64,000 bases of DNA, taken from positions 327,812-391,811 of the forward strand of contig OZ244716.1 in NCBI GenBank assembly GCA_965219025.1, in the 5' to 3' direction. Every line of letters starts with the position of its first letter. Within the stretch, counting starts at the first letter, position 1. This document shows, in pieces, positions 36,774 to 45,166 of this stretch. The stretch comes from Dehalococcoidia bacterium. GTDB taxonomy: Bacteria > Chloroflexota > Dehalococcoidia > Lucifugimonadales > UBA2985. The notes beneath the pieces are model-generated. The model saw only the letters and a program-made list of their open reading frames with translations. It had not been told where the DNA came from and did no database searches. The translations under genes and the position numbers were made by a program.

Positions 36774-37991
36774 TCAGCTCGCGATTGGAAGCCGCCTCCG
36801 CGCTCGGTGCCCGGTCTCCGGCAGGCTGCGTGCCGCGATGGCTGCCGTCAACGGCATGGCCGCCAGCACGGCCAGACTCGGCACGTAAGAGCCCACCGCG
36901 TCCGTGACCACGCCGACCATGAACGGCGAAATCACGGTGGACGCGTTGCCTATGGTCAGCACGGCCGCCGTAACCAGAGCCACCCGCTCCATGTCCACGC
37001 CCGGAAGCTCCATGGCGATTGTGAACACGGTGGGCAGGAATAGCCAGAAGCTGAAGCCCAGCAGGACTATTGATGCAAGAATGATACCCGTGTTATTGAA
37101 GTAGAACGCGCCAAACGCCCCGATGGGAAAGAGCAAGCCAGGGATGGCCAGCATCGGCCTGTGCAGTCCCAGGCGCGCCAGAAGGAAACCGGACAGCAGG
37201 TTGACCACGACACCCATCAGGGGTAGCAGCGCTAGTATCGCCGTCGCCTGCTGCAGGGGCATGTCGAACACCTCGTTGTAGTAGGTGGGCAGCCATGAGC
37301 TGTAGCCAATGAACATCGCGAACGGCCCCACCAGCGCAAACGACAGCAGGAGGGTGTTCCGCTCGCGCAGGGCGGCCAGCACGGACTTCGCGGTCATGGT
37401 CTGCGGGGCTGACCCTGCTGTGCGGCCTCCCCTGCCGAGGGCCAGCCATCCCAGCGTGGCCAAGAACGCGAAGCATGCGTAGATCATGAGCACGACTCGC
37501 CACTCCAGCGCCTCCGCCAGCGGCACGCTCAGGAACATGGCGGAGGCCACGCCCGTGCCCTGCGCCGCCAGCATCAGCGCGTTCATCACCCCTCGCTCCG
37601 TGGGCCTGAACCACTCTACTATGATGGATGCCGTGGCAGGCAGCAGGATGGCCCCACCAATGCCGAACGTCATTCTCAGGGGCAGCAGAGTAGCGATGTC
37701 TGTCGTTAGGGGCGCCAGCACACCAGCCGACATTAGCAGTCCGCTCACCAGGACCGCTCGCCTGGTCCCCAGCTTGGAAGATACGATGCCGCCCGGTATC
37801 AGACAGAGCGTGAACGCCAGGAAGACCAGCACCATGAGGAGGCTGACAGAGCTTCTCGATACGCCGTAGTCATCGATGATGATGGGAAAGAGAGGCGCTG
37901 CCGAGAACAGGTTGAGGCCAATGGCAACATGCAGGGGTAAGATGGCCCCCGCTATGACCCAGCGATAGGAGCTAGCCTCTGGGCGCTGTAT
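36774..37991 (-). CDS. MFS transporter (non-canonical start inferred: ATA 37991 or CTG 38012)
   Basis: The first ATG/GTG/TTG is at 37835. The frame stays open upstream to TAG 38021..38019 and encodes ...SSYRWVIAGAILPLHVAIGLNLFSAAPLFPIIIDDYGVSRSS, which aligns with TM1-TM2 of the paralog at 26776. GGGGAG lies 6 nt before ATA 37991. Confidence 0.75.
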   Translation of the reverse strand: MQRPEASSYRWVIAGAILPLHVAIGLNLFSAAPLFPIIIDDYGVSRSSVSLLMVLVFLAFTLCLIPGGIVSSKLGTRRAVLVSGLLMSAGVLAPLTTDIATLLPLRMTFGIGGAILLPATASIIVEWFRPTERGVMNALMLAAQGTGVASAMFLSVPLAEALEWRVVLMIYACFAFLATLGWLALGRGGRTAGSAPQTMTAKSVLAALRERNTLLLSFALVGPFAMFIGYSSWLPTYYNEVFDMPLQQATAILALLPLMGVVVNLLSGFLLARLGLHRPMLAIPGLLFPIGAFGAFYFNNTGIILASIVLLGFSFWLFLPTVFTIAMELPGVDMERVALVTAAVLTIGNASTVISPFMVGVVTDAVGSYVPSLAVLAAMPLTAAIAARSLPETGHRARRRLPIAS

Positions 37992-38150
37992 GTTGCTCTC
38001 CCCTGCCCGCAGTCCAGCCTACGTTGACGACATGCCCCCACAAAGGGGTGCGAAAGTGTCGTATTCTAACCGTAAACGACCTGCCTCCGAACGCTGACGC
38101 TCGGAGGCAGGAGCTTCATGTGTACCTTAGTTGCCGATCGTGTCCCTGGA

Positions 38151-39473
38151 CTAGCCGGGCGTCGAACTCCAGACGGTGAAGTTGCCGCCCGTGGGCGTGG
38201 GACCGCCGGACACGCCGATCTCCGCCGGCTTGCTGATCTGGCGATCACCCGCTCTGCCCTGGATCTGCTGAATCGAATCGGTGTGCATCCAGAAGCGGGT
38301 GCGCCCGGCCCCTGCGTTACCGCCGCTGGGCGACGCGGGGTTCGGCCCCTCGATGGTGATGTCCGTGCCGTAGAAGTCCAGCGCCTCGCCTCGCTGCACG
38401 CCGGCGAACCGGATGCCCTCCAGGTGGAACTGGTGGAACAGCGTGAAGCCGTCGTACATGTTCTCGAACGTCAGGTCGCTTGGGCTTAGGCCGGAGCCCT
38501 CGTAGATCTTGCGGCCGGTCTCGTCCGTGGCGGCCTCGGCCTCCTCCAGCGAGGGGCCGAAGCTCCGCACGCGGGTCCTGTCCGATGCTACGTTGAGGAT
38601 GTAGACCGGCTTCTGCTTCATGTCCTTGGCACGCTCAGGGGTGGTGAAGAGGTAGGCGGCCGAGGACATTATCGGAATGTCGTTGTCGAAGAGGTTGGCG
38701 GGCTTGGCAATCCAGCGGGCCGCCAGGTAGTCCTCGACTGTCAGCATTTCTGGGCGGTGCTGAGCCCAAAAGCCCTCAGGGAACATCAGGCCGTTGCGCT
38801 TCTCGTTGACAACGAAGGGCGCCATCATGTCATGGTTCTTGCCGTACTTGCGGCAGTAGGCCTCAAACTGCATGGCCGTGGTGTAGCAGGCCACGGTTCC
38901 CCACAGGGTGGAATACTTGGCCGGCCCGGTGACGGTGTCGCCGCCGGCGGCGCCCTGTCCAACGTAATACCGCCCGCCAAAGTTGTGCCAGCCCTTGAGG
39001 ACCAGGCAGACCTCAGTCAGACCTTCTCCTACGGCCTGCGCCGCAGTTACGACTGCGTTGGACATGCAGCCGGGGCCGTACATGGTGAAGTTCACGTTGC
39101 TAAGCTCGGGCATGTTCATCAGGAGCCAGTCGGCGCTGAGCCGGGCGATGCCGTCGAGCGGGTTGTCCGTGGACTTGTAGGTGTTGAGGAAATCCTCGGG
39201 AATGGGTCTGTCCGAAGGCCAGGGCGACCCGGTGGAGGTCTCCTGGGCCATCACCAGCCCGTCGACCTCATCCGGCCGGACGCCCGCGTCCTCGATGGCC
39301 CTGCGCAGCGCAAGGATGCTCCAAGCGCCCAAGCTCGTGTCGGTGGTCTCGTCCCAGCGTCGCGCTGTCGGCGAGTGGCCTATGCCGACGGCCGCCACCT
39401 TGCCCTTGTGCTCCCACACCCCCAACCCCTCTGTGCTTCGGTACATGGAAGCCGGTGCGTTCTGCGTTGGCAT
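38151..39473 (-). CDS. thiolase-like (SCP-x type) protein, DUF35 partner
   Basis: 440 aa, thiolase-fold. Lies downstream of the DUF35 gene. AAGGGAGG lies upstream. Confidence 0.75.
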   Translation of the reverse strand: MPTQNAPASMYRSTEGLGVWEHKGKVAAVGIGHSPTARRWDETTDTSLGAWSILALRRAIEDAGVRPDEVDGLVMAQETSTGSPWPSDRPIPEDFLNTYKSTDNPLDGIARLSADWLLMNMPELSNVNFTMYGPGCMSNAVVTAAQAVGEGLTEVCLVLKGWHNFGGRYYVGQGAAGGDTVTGPAKYSTLWGTVACYTTAMQFEAYCRKYGKNHDMMAPFVVNEKRNGLMFPEGFWAQHRPEMLTVEDYLAARWIAKPANLFDNDIPIMSSAAYLFTTPERAKDMKQKPVYILNVASDRTRVRSFGPSLEEAEAATDETGRKIYEGSGLSPSDLTFENMYDGFTLFHQFHLEGIRFAGVQRGEALDFYGTDITIEGPNPASPSGGNAGAGRTRFWMHTDSIQQIQGRAGDRQISKPAEIGVSGGPTPTGGNFTVWSSTPG

Positions 39474-39520
39474 CCCTCACCTCCCTTTATTTCAGTGAGA
39501 ATAGATCGAGAGTGAGGTGA

Positions 39521-39934
39521 TCAGCCGACCACTCGCCACTCGGGGACCTTCTGGCCGGTGGTGGGCGTGACCTCGAACTCCACCTGGACGGGGGCGCCCA
39601 CGGGCACGTCGTCCACGGGTGTGCCAGGCAGATGCGAGAGCATCTTGATTCCGGCATCCTCCTCCAGCTCCACCACAGCTATGTTGAAGGGCTGGTCCTC
39701 GGCCAGGATCGTGACCGGGCAGTCGTACATGACGCCATAGCCGTAGACCTTGCCGCGCCCGCTCATCTCCTTCCACTCCAGGTTGTCACCGGAGTTGCAC
39801 TCCGAGCAGGATGCGGCGGGCGGGTGCTGCAGCCTGTCGCAGGCCGTGCAGTTCTGGACCACGAGTCGGTCCTCGTTTGCGGCGTCCCAAAAGGGCTGGT
39901 CCACCTCGTCGGGTACCGGGGACTGCTTGGGCAT
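39521..39934 (-). CDS. DUF35 Zn-ribbon/OB-fold protein
   Basis: PFWDAANEDRLVVQNCTACDRLQHPPAASCSECNS...WKEMSGRGKVY. Confidence 0.85.
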   Translation of the reverse strand: MPKQSPVPDEVDQPFWDAANEDRLVVQNCTACDRLQHPPAASCSECNSGDNLEWKEMSGRGKVYGYGVMYDCPVTILAEDQPFNIAVVELEEDAGIKMLSHLPGTPVDDVPVGAPVQVEFEVTPTTGQKVPEWRVVG

Positions 39935-40156
39935 AGTTCACCTCCGCTGCGGATTAGTTGAAGTCGAAGGAATCATAGGCCAAACGCCGGGTGTAGTCAA
40001 GCGTAGTTCGTAGCTGCAAGCGCCGGCGAGCCGCCTCGTCGACACCCGCGGAGTGGATTGCCGCCCGCATTCATCACACCGACCGTTAAGCCGGTACGAA
40101 TTCGGGCGTTGTCGCGCGCGAGCATGCCTGGACGCAAACGTCCCCCAGCACGCGCG

Positions 40157-41299
40157 CTACCGGCCTGGCGGTGCGTGCAGGCCGCGCGGCCCCTCGTACT
40201 GCACGCGGGGCCTGAAGAGCCGGTTCTCTTCCTGCTGCTCGATCACGTGGGCCACCAGTCCCGCAATTCGAGCGCACTGGAATATCGGCGTGTCCAGGGG
40301 AACCGGGATGTCCAGCAGGTAGAAGAGGAGCGCAATGGGGTAGTCGGCGTTGGGGTACAGGCCTCTCTCCCGGAGCATCACCCCCTCCACCGTGCGGTAG
40401 ATGGCGTGAAGCTCGCGGCCCTCCGGCCTGCGGTCGGCCAGCGCCTCGATGTAGTCGCGCAGGAACAGGGCGCGGGGGTCGTAGCGTCGCATATACACGC
40501 GGTGGCCGAACCCCATGATGCGAGCCCGCTGCTGGAGCTTGTCCATCACGTACTCCTCGGCCGCGGCCTCGCCGCCGTTGTGGTAGATGTCCAGCAGCAT
40601 AGAAATCGCGGCCTCGTTGGCGCCTCCGTGCAGAGGCCCCTTCAGCGAAGCCACAGCACCCGTCAGCGCCCCGTACACGTCCGCAAGGGTGGAGCCGATC
40701 ACACGAGCGGCGAACGTGGAGTTCGCCATCTCGTGCTCCACGTAGCAAGTGAGTATGCGATCGAACCCCTCCAGCGACTCGGCGTCCGGCCTCTCCCCTC
40801 GAATCATGTACAGGAAGTTCTCTGCGAAGCCCATCGAGGGGTCCGGCCTCACTACCGGCATGTCATTCAGTATTCGATGAGCGTTCACCGCGATCGCGGG
40901 AGCTCGCGCGAGCAGTCTGACGCCCTTGGCCAGGTTGGCCTCACGCGAGGTGTCCGTCAGCAGGTCCGGTTCCTCGTAGCCGGCCATGAACGAGATCCCC
41001 GTGCGCAGGGCGTCCATCACCACCGTGTTCCTCGGCAACAGCTCCAGCAGGCGGTAGGCTTCCTCAGGCACCTCGCACTGGGACATGAGTGCGTCGCACA
41101 GGGCTTGGGCGTCGGATTCGTCGGGCAGCTCGCCGTACATGACCAGGTGCGCCACGTCCACGTATTTCAGGCTTCGCGCCAGGTCGATCAGGTCGTATCC
41201 CCGTATCAGGATCACCTCTTCGTCCACGTCCAGGTATGATAGCCGAGTGACGTTGGAGATGACGCCCTCCAGGCCCGGGCTGTATTGCGGTGTCACCAT
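40157..41299 (-). CDS. citrate synthase / 2-methylcitrate synthase (380-aa type)
   Basis: SPGLEGVISNVTRLSYLD...GPLHGGANE...GFGHRVY catalytic motifs. Adjacent to a PrpD-family gene. Confidence 0.9.
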   Translation of the reverse strand: MVTPQYSPGLEGVISNVTRLSYLDVDEEVILIRGYDLIDLARSLKYVDVAHLVMYGELPDESDAQALCDALMSQCEVPEEAYRLLELLPRNTVVMDALRTGISFMAGYEEPDLLTDTSREANLAKGVRLLARAPAIAVNAHRILNDMPVVRPDPSMGFAENFLYMIRGERPDAESLEGFDRILTCYVEHEMANSTFAARVIGSTLADVYGALTGAVASLKGPLHGGANEAAISMLLDIYHNGGEAAAEEYVMDKLQQRARIMGFGHRVYMRRYDPRALFLRDYIEALADRRPEGRELHAIYRTVEGVMLRERGLYPNADYPIALLFYLLDIPVPLDTPIFQCARIAGLVAHVIEQQEENRLFRPRVQYEGPRGLHAPPGR

Positions 41300-41318
41300 A
41301 CCATCCCCCTACCAGAGT

Positions 41319-42740
41319 CTAGTCGGCAAGGTTGCCGGCCATCGCCGACAGGAGCGCATCGAGGCTCGGCTGCCGCTCCAGCTCCCATATCAGGTCAATC
41401 ACGCGCCGCGACTGGGCCTCGCTCCAGCGGCCCTCCACGTTCGAAAGCAACTTGGCCTCCACCTCCCCGTCGCTCATGGGATTGTGGAAGTGACCCCGCG
41501 GGTAGCTCTGCTCGCCCACCAGTTGCCGGCCGTCGGCAGTTGTAAGTGTAATGCGATTGGGTATGCCCTCAGGGTATCCCTTGTCCAGCTCCGGGTCCAT
41601 TCGCAGCGTGGTCCGATCCAGGATAGACCGCACCAGCGGGTCTACCAGCCGCTCGTCGGAGAACGACCCGCTGTCCACGGAGCCGTCCAGAAGAGCGACG
41701 GCCACGATGTAGGGCATGGAGTGGTCCGCCGTCTCTCTTGTCCTGGGAGCCCACTTCTCCGGGTCCATGGCGATTATCTCGTACGCGGCGCCGAATGTGT
41801 CAATGTGGACGGATTCCACTGCGCTCACCACGGCGTCCGCCGAGTCCGCAGCTCCAAGCTGCTGCCTCAAGTCCACCGCAATGTCCACTGCGCTCTGGGC
41901 GTGATACTCCACCGGCCACCTCTTGATGTACGTGTCCATTATGCGGGACGGCGGAGCGCCTTCGTCCAGCGGACGGAAGGGCGCGCTGTCGAAGTCCTCC
42001 AGCCCCAGAAGCTGGCGAAGGAATCCCATCTCGCCCTGGAACGGCTGAAACGGCCCGGTGAACCCCTTCTCCGCCAGCAGTGCGGCGAAGACCGCGTTGC
42101 GCGTGGAGTTTGCAGCCGCGGCCCCCTTCCACATCGAAAGCTCGCCGGCCCTGGTCTGGCGCATGGAGGCGTGTGGCACGGTTGCGATGGATATGGCATG
42201 CTCGATCTGCGACGGCGAGAGGCCAAGGAGCGTCCCTGCGCCGCACGCCGCGGCCACGGCGATGTAGTTCACGTGGTCCCAGCCGCGGGCTCGAAGGCTC
42301 GCGGAGTCGCACAGGTCCACGCCGATCTCGTACGCCACCGCAACACCGGCGATGAGGTCGCGCACGGGGCGGTTCCGCCACTGGCACAGCGCCATCAGGC
42401 CGGGGATCACGTCGCTGGGGTGCAGCGGCTCCCTCGACAGGTAGGTGTCGTTGAAGTCCAGGTATCGCACCATCACGCCGTTGGCCAGCGAAGCGGCCTC
42501 CGGCGCAACGCGGGATTCCGTGCCCCAGAGAGTGGCGCCTGCGGCGTGAGGCAGCTCGAGCGCATACGCCCTGGCCGCCGTGGGGGCGTCATCGTCGAAG
42601 GCGGCCATCGCCACGCCGATGCTGTCCAGCACCCGTCGCTTGACCTCGTGGACTGTGGGCTGGGGCAGATGCTCCCAGCGCGTGGTGTGGGCGTAGGATG
42701 CGAACAGCGATGCGTATCGGTCTCCCTGCGACTCCGCCAT
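41319..42740 (-). CDS. MmgE/PrpD-family dehydratase
   Basis: PrpD-like sequence throughout. ATG 42740 (MAESQGDRY...) is preceded by GGGGAGG at 7 nt. The longer track ORF extending to 43100 is an upstream-extension artefact. Confidence 0.85.
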   Translation of the reverse strand: MAESQGDRYASLFASYAHTTRWEHLPQPTVHEVKRRVLDSIGVAMAAFDDDAPTAARAYALELPHAAGATLWGTESRVAPEAASLANGVMVRYLDFNDTYLSREPLHPSDVIPGLMALCQWRNRPVRDLIAGVAVAYEIGVDLCDSASLRARGWDHVNYIAVAAACGAGTLLGLSPSQIEHAISIATVPHASMRQTRAGELSMWKGAAAANSTRNAVFAALLAEKGFTGPFQPFQGEMGFLRQLLGLEDFDSAPFRPLDEGAPPSRIMDTYIKRWPVEYHAQSAVDIAVDLRQQLGAADSADAVVSAVESVHIDTFGAAYEIIAMDPEKWAPRTRETADHSMPYIVAVALLDGSVDSGSFSDERLVDPLVRSILDRTTLRMDPELDKGYPEGIPNRITLTTADGRQLVGEQSYPRGHFHNPMSDGEVEAKLLSNVEGRWSEAQSRRVIDLIWELERQPSLDALLSAMAGNLAD

Positions 42741-42963
42741 GCAATGACCTCCCCGTGAGGCCTGCGCCGACTGCGCCCGGCTCTCGCGGGCCATTCTAGC
42801 GGCCAACGGAGTGATGGGCAAGAAGGCGCTCGGGCGTAGCGTGTGGGGCTTGCGTCCGCCTCCCAGTCTTCCGCTCATGGTGAGCTTGTCGAACCATTTG
42901 AGCGGAAAGAGCCACATGCGCCGCTCAGGCAGACGCATCGGATTAGCGTGGTATACTTTAGGC

Positions 42964-43851
42964 ATGCGTACGCATGCCGTCCTGCTGATTGGCCTCGTTT
43001 GTTTGTGCCTCGCCGCCTGCGGCGCTGAGGACACGCCTCGCCCTCCGGCCAACACTCCCACGGACGCCCACGCCGAGCCGACACCCTCGCCCGCAGCCAC
43101 GGATACCCCTCAGCCCACAGCTACACCGGCTCCGACCTCCACACCCAGCCCGACGCCGACCCCCTCTCCGACTGACACCCCGCCGCCGACCGACTCTCCG
43201 ACACCCCGCCTTACCGCGACGCCGACGGCCGAGCCAACTGAGACCGCAGAACTCACGTCCACGCCTGCTCCGACCGCGACCTCCGTTCCCACTCCCACGC
43301 CGCAGCCCACGGCTACTCTTACGCCCACGCCAACCGCGACGTCCGAGCCCACGGCCACGCCTACGCCGGAGGCAACGCCCATGCCCGCTCGTACTATCGG
43401 CACGAATGTCGGCGACCAGGCGCCCAACTTCAGCCTTCCCGCCGCTTCCGGGCAGTCCCAGTCGCTTGTGTCGTACAGGGGCGACAAGCAGGTCGTAGTC
43501 GTGTTCTATAGGGCGTTCTGGTGACCGTACTGCAGAGGTCAGCTCGGCGAGCTGACAGGAGTGTACGGACGGATCCAGGAGCTGGACGCCGAGGTGCTTG
43601 CCATCAGCGTGGACAACCTCAGCGGAGCGGAGGACGTGGTGAATACCATTGGCATTCCCTTCCCGGTCTTGTACGACGTATCGAGACAGGTTCCCAGGAC
43701 CTATGGGGTCTACAACCTGCTTGGCGACAACCTGGCCGCGCCCGCCACCTTCATCGTTGACCGGGACGGTGAAATCGTGTGGAAGTACGTCGCCGGTTCC
43801 AAGGGAGACAGGCCGTCCGTGTCGATGATCCTGTCCAGGCTGGGCGGCTGA
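42964..43851 (+). CDS. AhpC/TSA (peroxiredoxin-like) redoxin lipoprotein with in-frame TGA (candidate selenocysteine, U-P-Y-C)
   Basis: Track ORFs 42811..43524 and 43561..43851 share one frame. Joined, they read ...KQVVVVFYRAFW-[TGA 43522..43524]-PYCRGQLGELTGVYGRIQELDAEVLAISVD... Signal MRTHAVLLIGLVCLCLAAC includes a lipobox. Confidence 0.7.
43021..43394 (+). repeat. low-complexity Thr/Pro-rich linker coding region
   Basis: Encodes about 125 aa of PTPSPAATDTPQPTATPAPTSTPSPTPTPSPTDTPPPTDSPTP... Confidence 0.8.
43522..43556 (+). promoter_or_regulatory. UGA plus downstream hairpin (bacterial SECIS candidate)
   Basis: UGA, 13 nt, then GUCAGCU-CGGCG-AGCUGAC (43538..43556): a 7-8 bp stem with G at loop position 2. 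Confidence 0.5.
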
Positions 43852-43857
43852 GGTGGT

Positions 43858-44535
43858 ATGTTGAAGCGCATCAGGCAATTGGGATTGATTTCAATCATTC
43901 TGGGAATAACTGTTGTTGGGCTGCTTTATGCTTTCGGGGCTAGAACAGTGCCTCACTCAGAGACCGGGAATCTGATTGGAGAAGGTGAAACCTATATTAT
44001 GAGCAGCCCGGGTCTATATCCAGACTTTAGCGTCGAAGAGGTGGCGCGCGTTTCATTGCTCACCGTAATGGGGAGAGTTGGTTCTGGTAGATTCTTGAAA
44101 AAGAACGCGGCCGGTGAGGAAGTGACAGGCACTCAGGATGTTCCAGTCCATCTGTGGTACTTTGCTCAATTCCATGTGGCAGAGTACCTGAAGGGTTCAG
44201 GGCCGGATCAGATAACGATTGCCCTTCCCGCAGGGCCGGATGGAAGCTCAGCAGTCGTAAGGGAAGACAGCCGGTTGGAGCAGGATGGCACGTACGTCCT
44301 GCAACTCTCCAACAAGGAAGGCTACGACGAGTGGTATCTGGGGCCGAACGTCTACAGGGTGTATGAGGGTTCGTATGGGAGGTGGAAGGTGGAGGGGGAC
44401 ACCCTGGTTTCCGACGATGGGAGAGATTTGGCAATGTCCCTCAGTGAAATGCGTGGCAAGGTAGATGCCTCTTGCAGTTCGCAAGTCCAGCCTCAGTTTG
44501 CCACCGCTATTTTGGCATATCAGCACTGCCCCTAG
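43858..44535 (+). CDS. hypothetical N-terminally membrane-anchored protein (low-GC ORF)
   Basis: 225 aa. MLKRIRQLGLISIILGITVVGLLYAF is a signal/anchor sequence. Composition is visibly more AT-rich than the neighbours. No family recognised. Confidence 0.5.
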   Translation: MLKRIRQLGLISIILGITVVGLLYAFGARTVPHSETGNLIGEGETYIMSSPGLYPDFSVEEVARVSLLTVMGRVGSGRFLKKNAAGEEVTGTQDVPVHLWYFAQFHVAEYLKGSGPDQITIALPAGPDGSSAVVREDSRLEQDGTYVLQLSNKEGYDEWYLGPNVYRVYEGSYGRWKVEGDTLVSDDGRDLAMSLSEMRGKVDASCSSQVQPQFATAILAYQHCP

Positions 44536-44715
44536 TCTGTTGGCCGACGTCCTGTGCCGGCTGAACGGCTGAGGCTTTCCTTCAAGCGCGCAACGATTCC
44601 CGCCTTAGAGTGGGAATTCGCGACGGAATGCATGCCCGCGCATATTGACTTTCCGCCCGCCGTACCCTTATATTCCCTTAGTTACGGTCCCAGGCTGTGG
44701 CTAATCGAGGCTGGT

Positions 44716-44726
44716 TGTGCTAATAT
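44716..44726 (+). promoter_or_regulatory. extended -10 element TGTGCTAATAT upstream of the tRNA cluster
   Basis: Matches the window motif. Followed by a CTTCCC-UUCG-GGGAAG tetraloop hairpin (44736..44751), then tRNA-Thr. Confidence 0.4.
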
Positions 44727-44776
44727 TGAGTACAGCTTCCCTTCGGGGAAGTTGTGTTCTTATGCCAGCACACAGT

Positions 44777-44849
44777 GCCCGAGTGGCGCAAGGGCAGCGC
44801 AACCGATTTGTAATCGGTAGGTTAGTGGGTTCGAATCCCCTCTCGGGCT
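44777..44849 (+). tRNA. tRNA-Thr (anticodon UGU)
   Basis: Acceptor GCCCGAG/CTCGGGC; D-arm GCGC-AAGGGCA-GCGC; anticodon arm ACCGA-TTTGTAA-TCGGT; GGTTCGAATCC T-loop. One irregular pair in the T-stem. No encoded CCA. Confidence 0.85.
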
Positions 44850-44932
44850 GTAACGGGACAAAGACGCGCGGAGGTGGGAACGGAAATAGGGGTCTTGGCC
44901 TGCCCCCACACGAATGATACACTAGCACCCGC

Positions 44933-45020
44933 GGAGGGGTGGGTGAGCGGCTAATACCACCAGACTGTAAATCTGGCGCCCGGAAGGGCTTCGTAGGTTC
45001 GAATCCTACCCCCTCCACCA
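44933..45020 (+). tRNA. tRNA-Tyr (anticodon GUA), type II with long variable arm, CCA encoded
   Basis: Acceptor GGAGGGG/CCCCTCC; anticodon arm CCAGA-CTGTAAA-TCTGG; variable arm GCCC-ggaa-GGGC; T-arm GTAGG-TTCGAAT-CCTAC. Confidence 0.95.
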
Positions 45021-45055
45021 GGCAGAGAGCAAGCAAGGACATCAAAAAGCGAAAA

Positions 45056-45130
45056 GCCCACATAGCTCAGAGGTAGAGCACGTTCTTGGTAAGAACGGGG
45101 TCACCGGTTCGACTCCGGTTGTGGGCTCCA
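45056..45130 (+). tRNA. tRNA-Thr (anticodon GGU), CCA encoded
   Basis: Acceptor GCCCACA/TGTGGGC; D-arm GCTC-AGAGGTA-GAGC; anticodon arm CGTTC-TTGGTAA-GAACG; T-arm ACCGG-TTCGACT-CCGGT. Confidence 0.95.
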
Positions 45131-45166
45131 CGCCAAACGGGCAAACGTAAGGAGGTAATCAAAGGA

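Noticed and set aside
42811-42963. Track start of the redoxin ORF at 42811, and the PrpD-family ORF extended to 43100, which overlap each other
   Set aside because: Both are upstream extensions into a divergent intergenic region. Internal starts with Shine-Dalgarno sequences give a proper lipoprotein signal (ATG 42964) and a normal PrpD length (ATG 42740).
44554-44820. 88-aa plus-strand ORF upstream of the tRNA cluster
   Set aside because: It runs into tRNA-Thr(UGU) and spans promoter-like elements, and it has no Shine-Dalgarno sequence. It is most likely non-coding leader DNA.
44777-45130. Checked whether any of the three tRNAs could be tRNA-Sec (selC), to support the selenoprotein calls
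   Set aside because: The anticodons read UGU, GUA and GGU. The long-variable-arm tRNA has a GUA anticodon and a Tyr-type structure. No UCA anticodon or 8/5 acceptor/T geometry is present. The Sec machinery, if it exists, lies outside the window.
45086-45166. N-terminal extension of EF-Tu in the ORF track
   Set aside because: The extension overlaps tRNA-Thr(GGU). The canonical [12 protein letters not shown] start at 45167 has AAGGAGG upstream.
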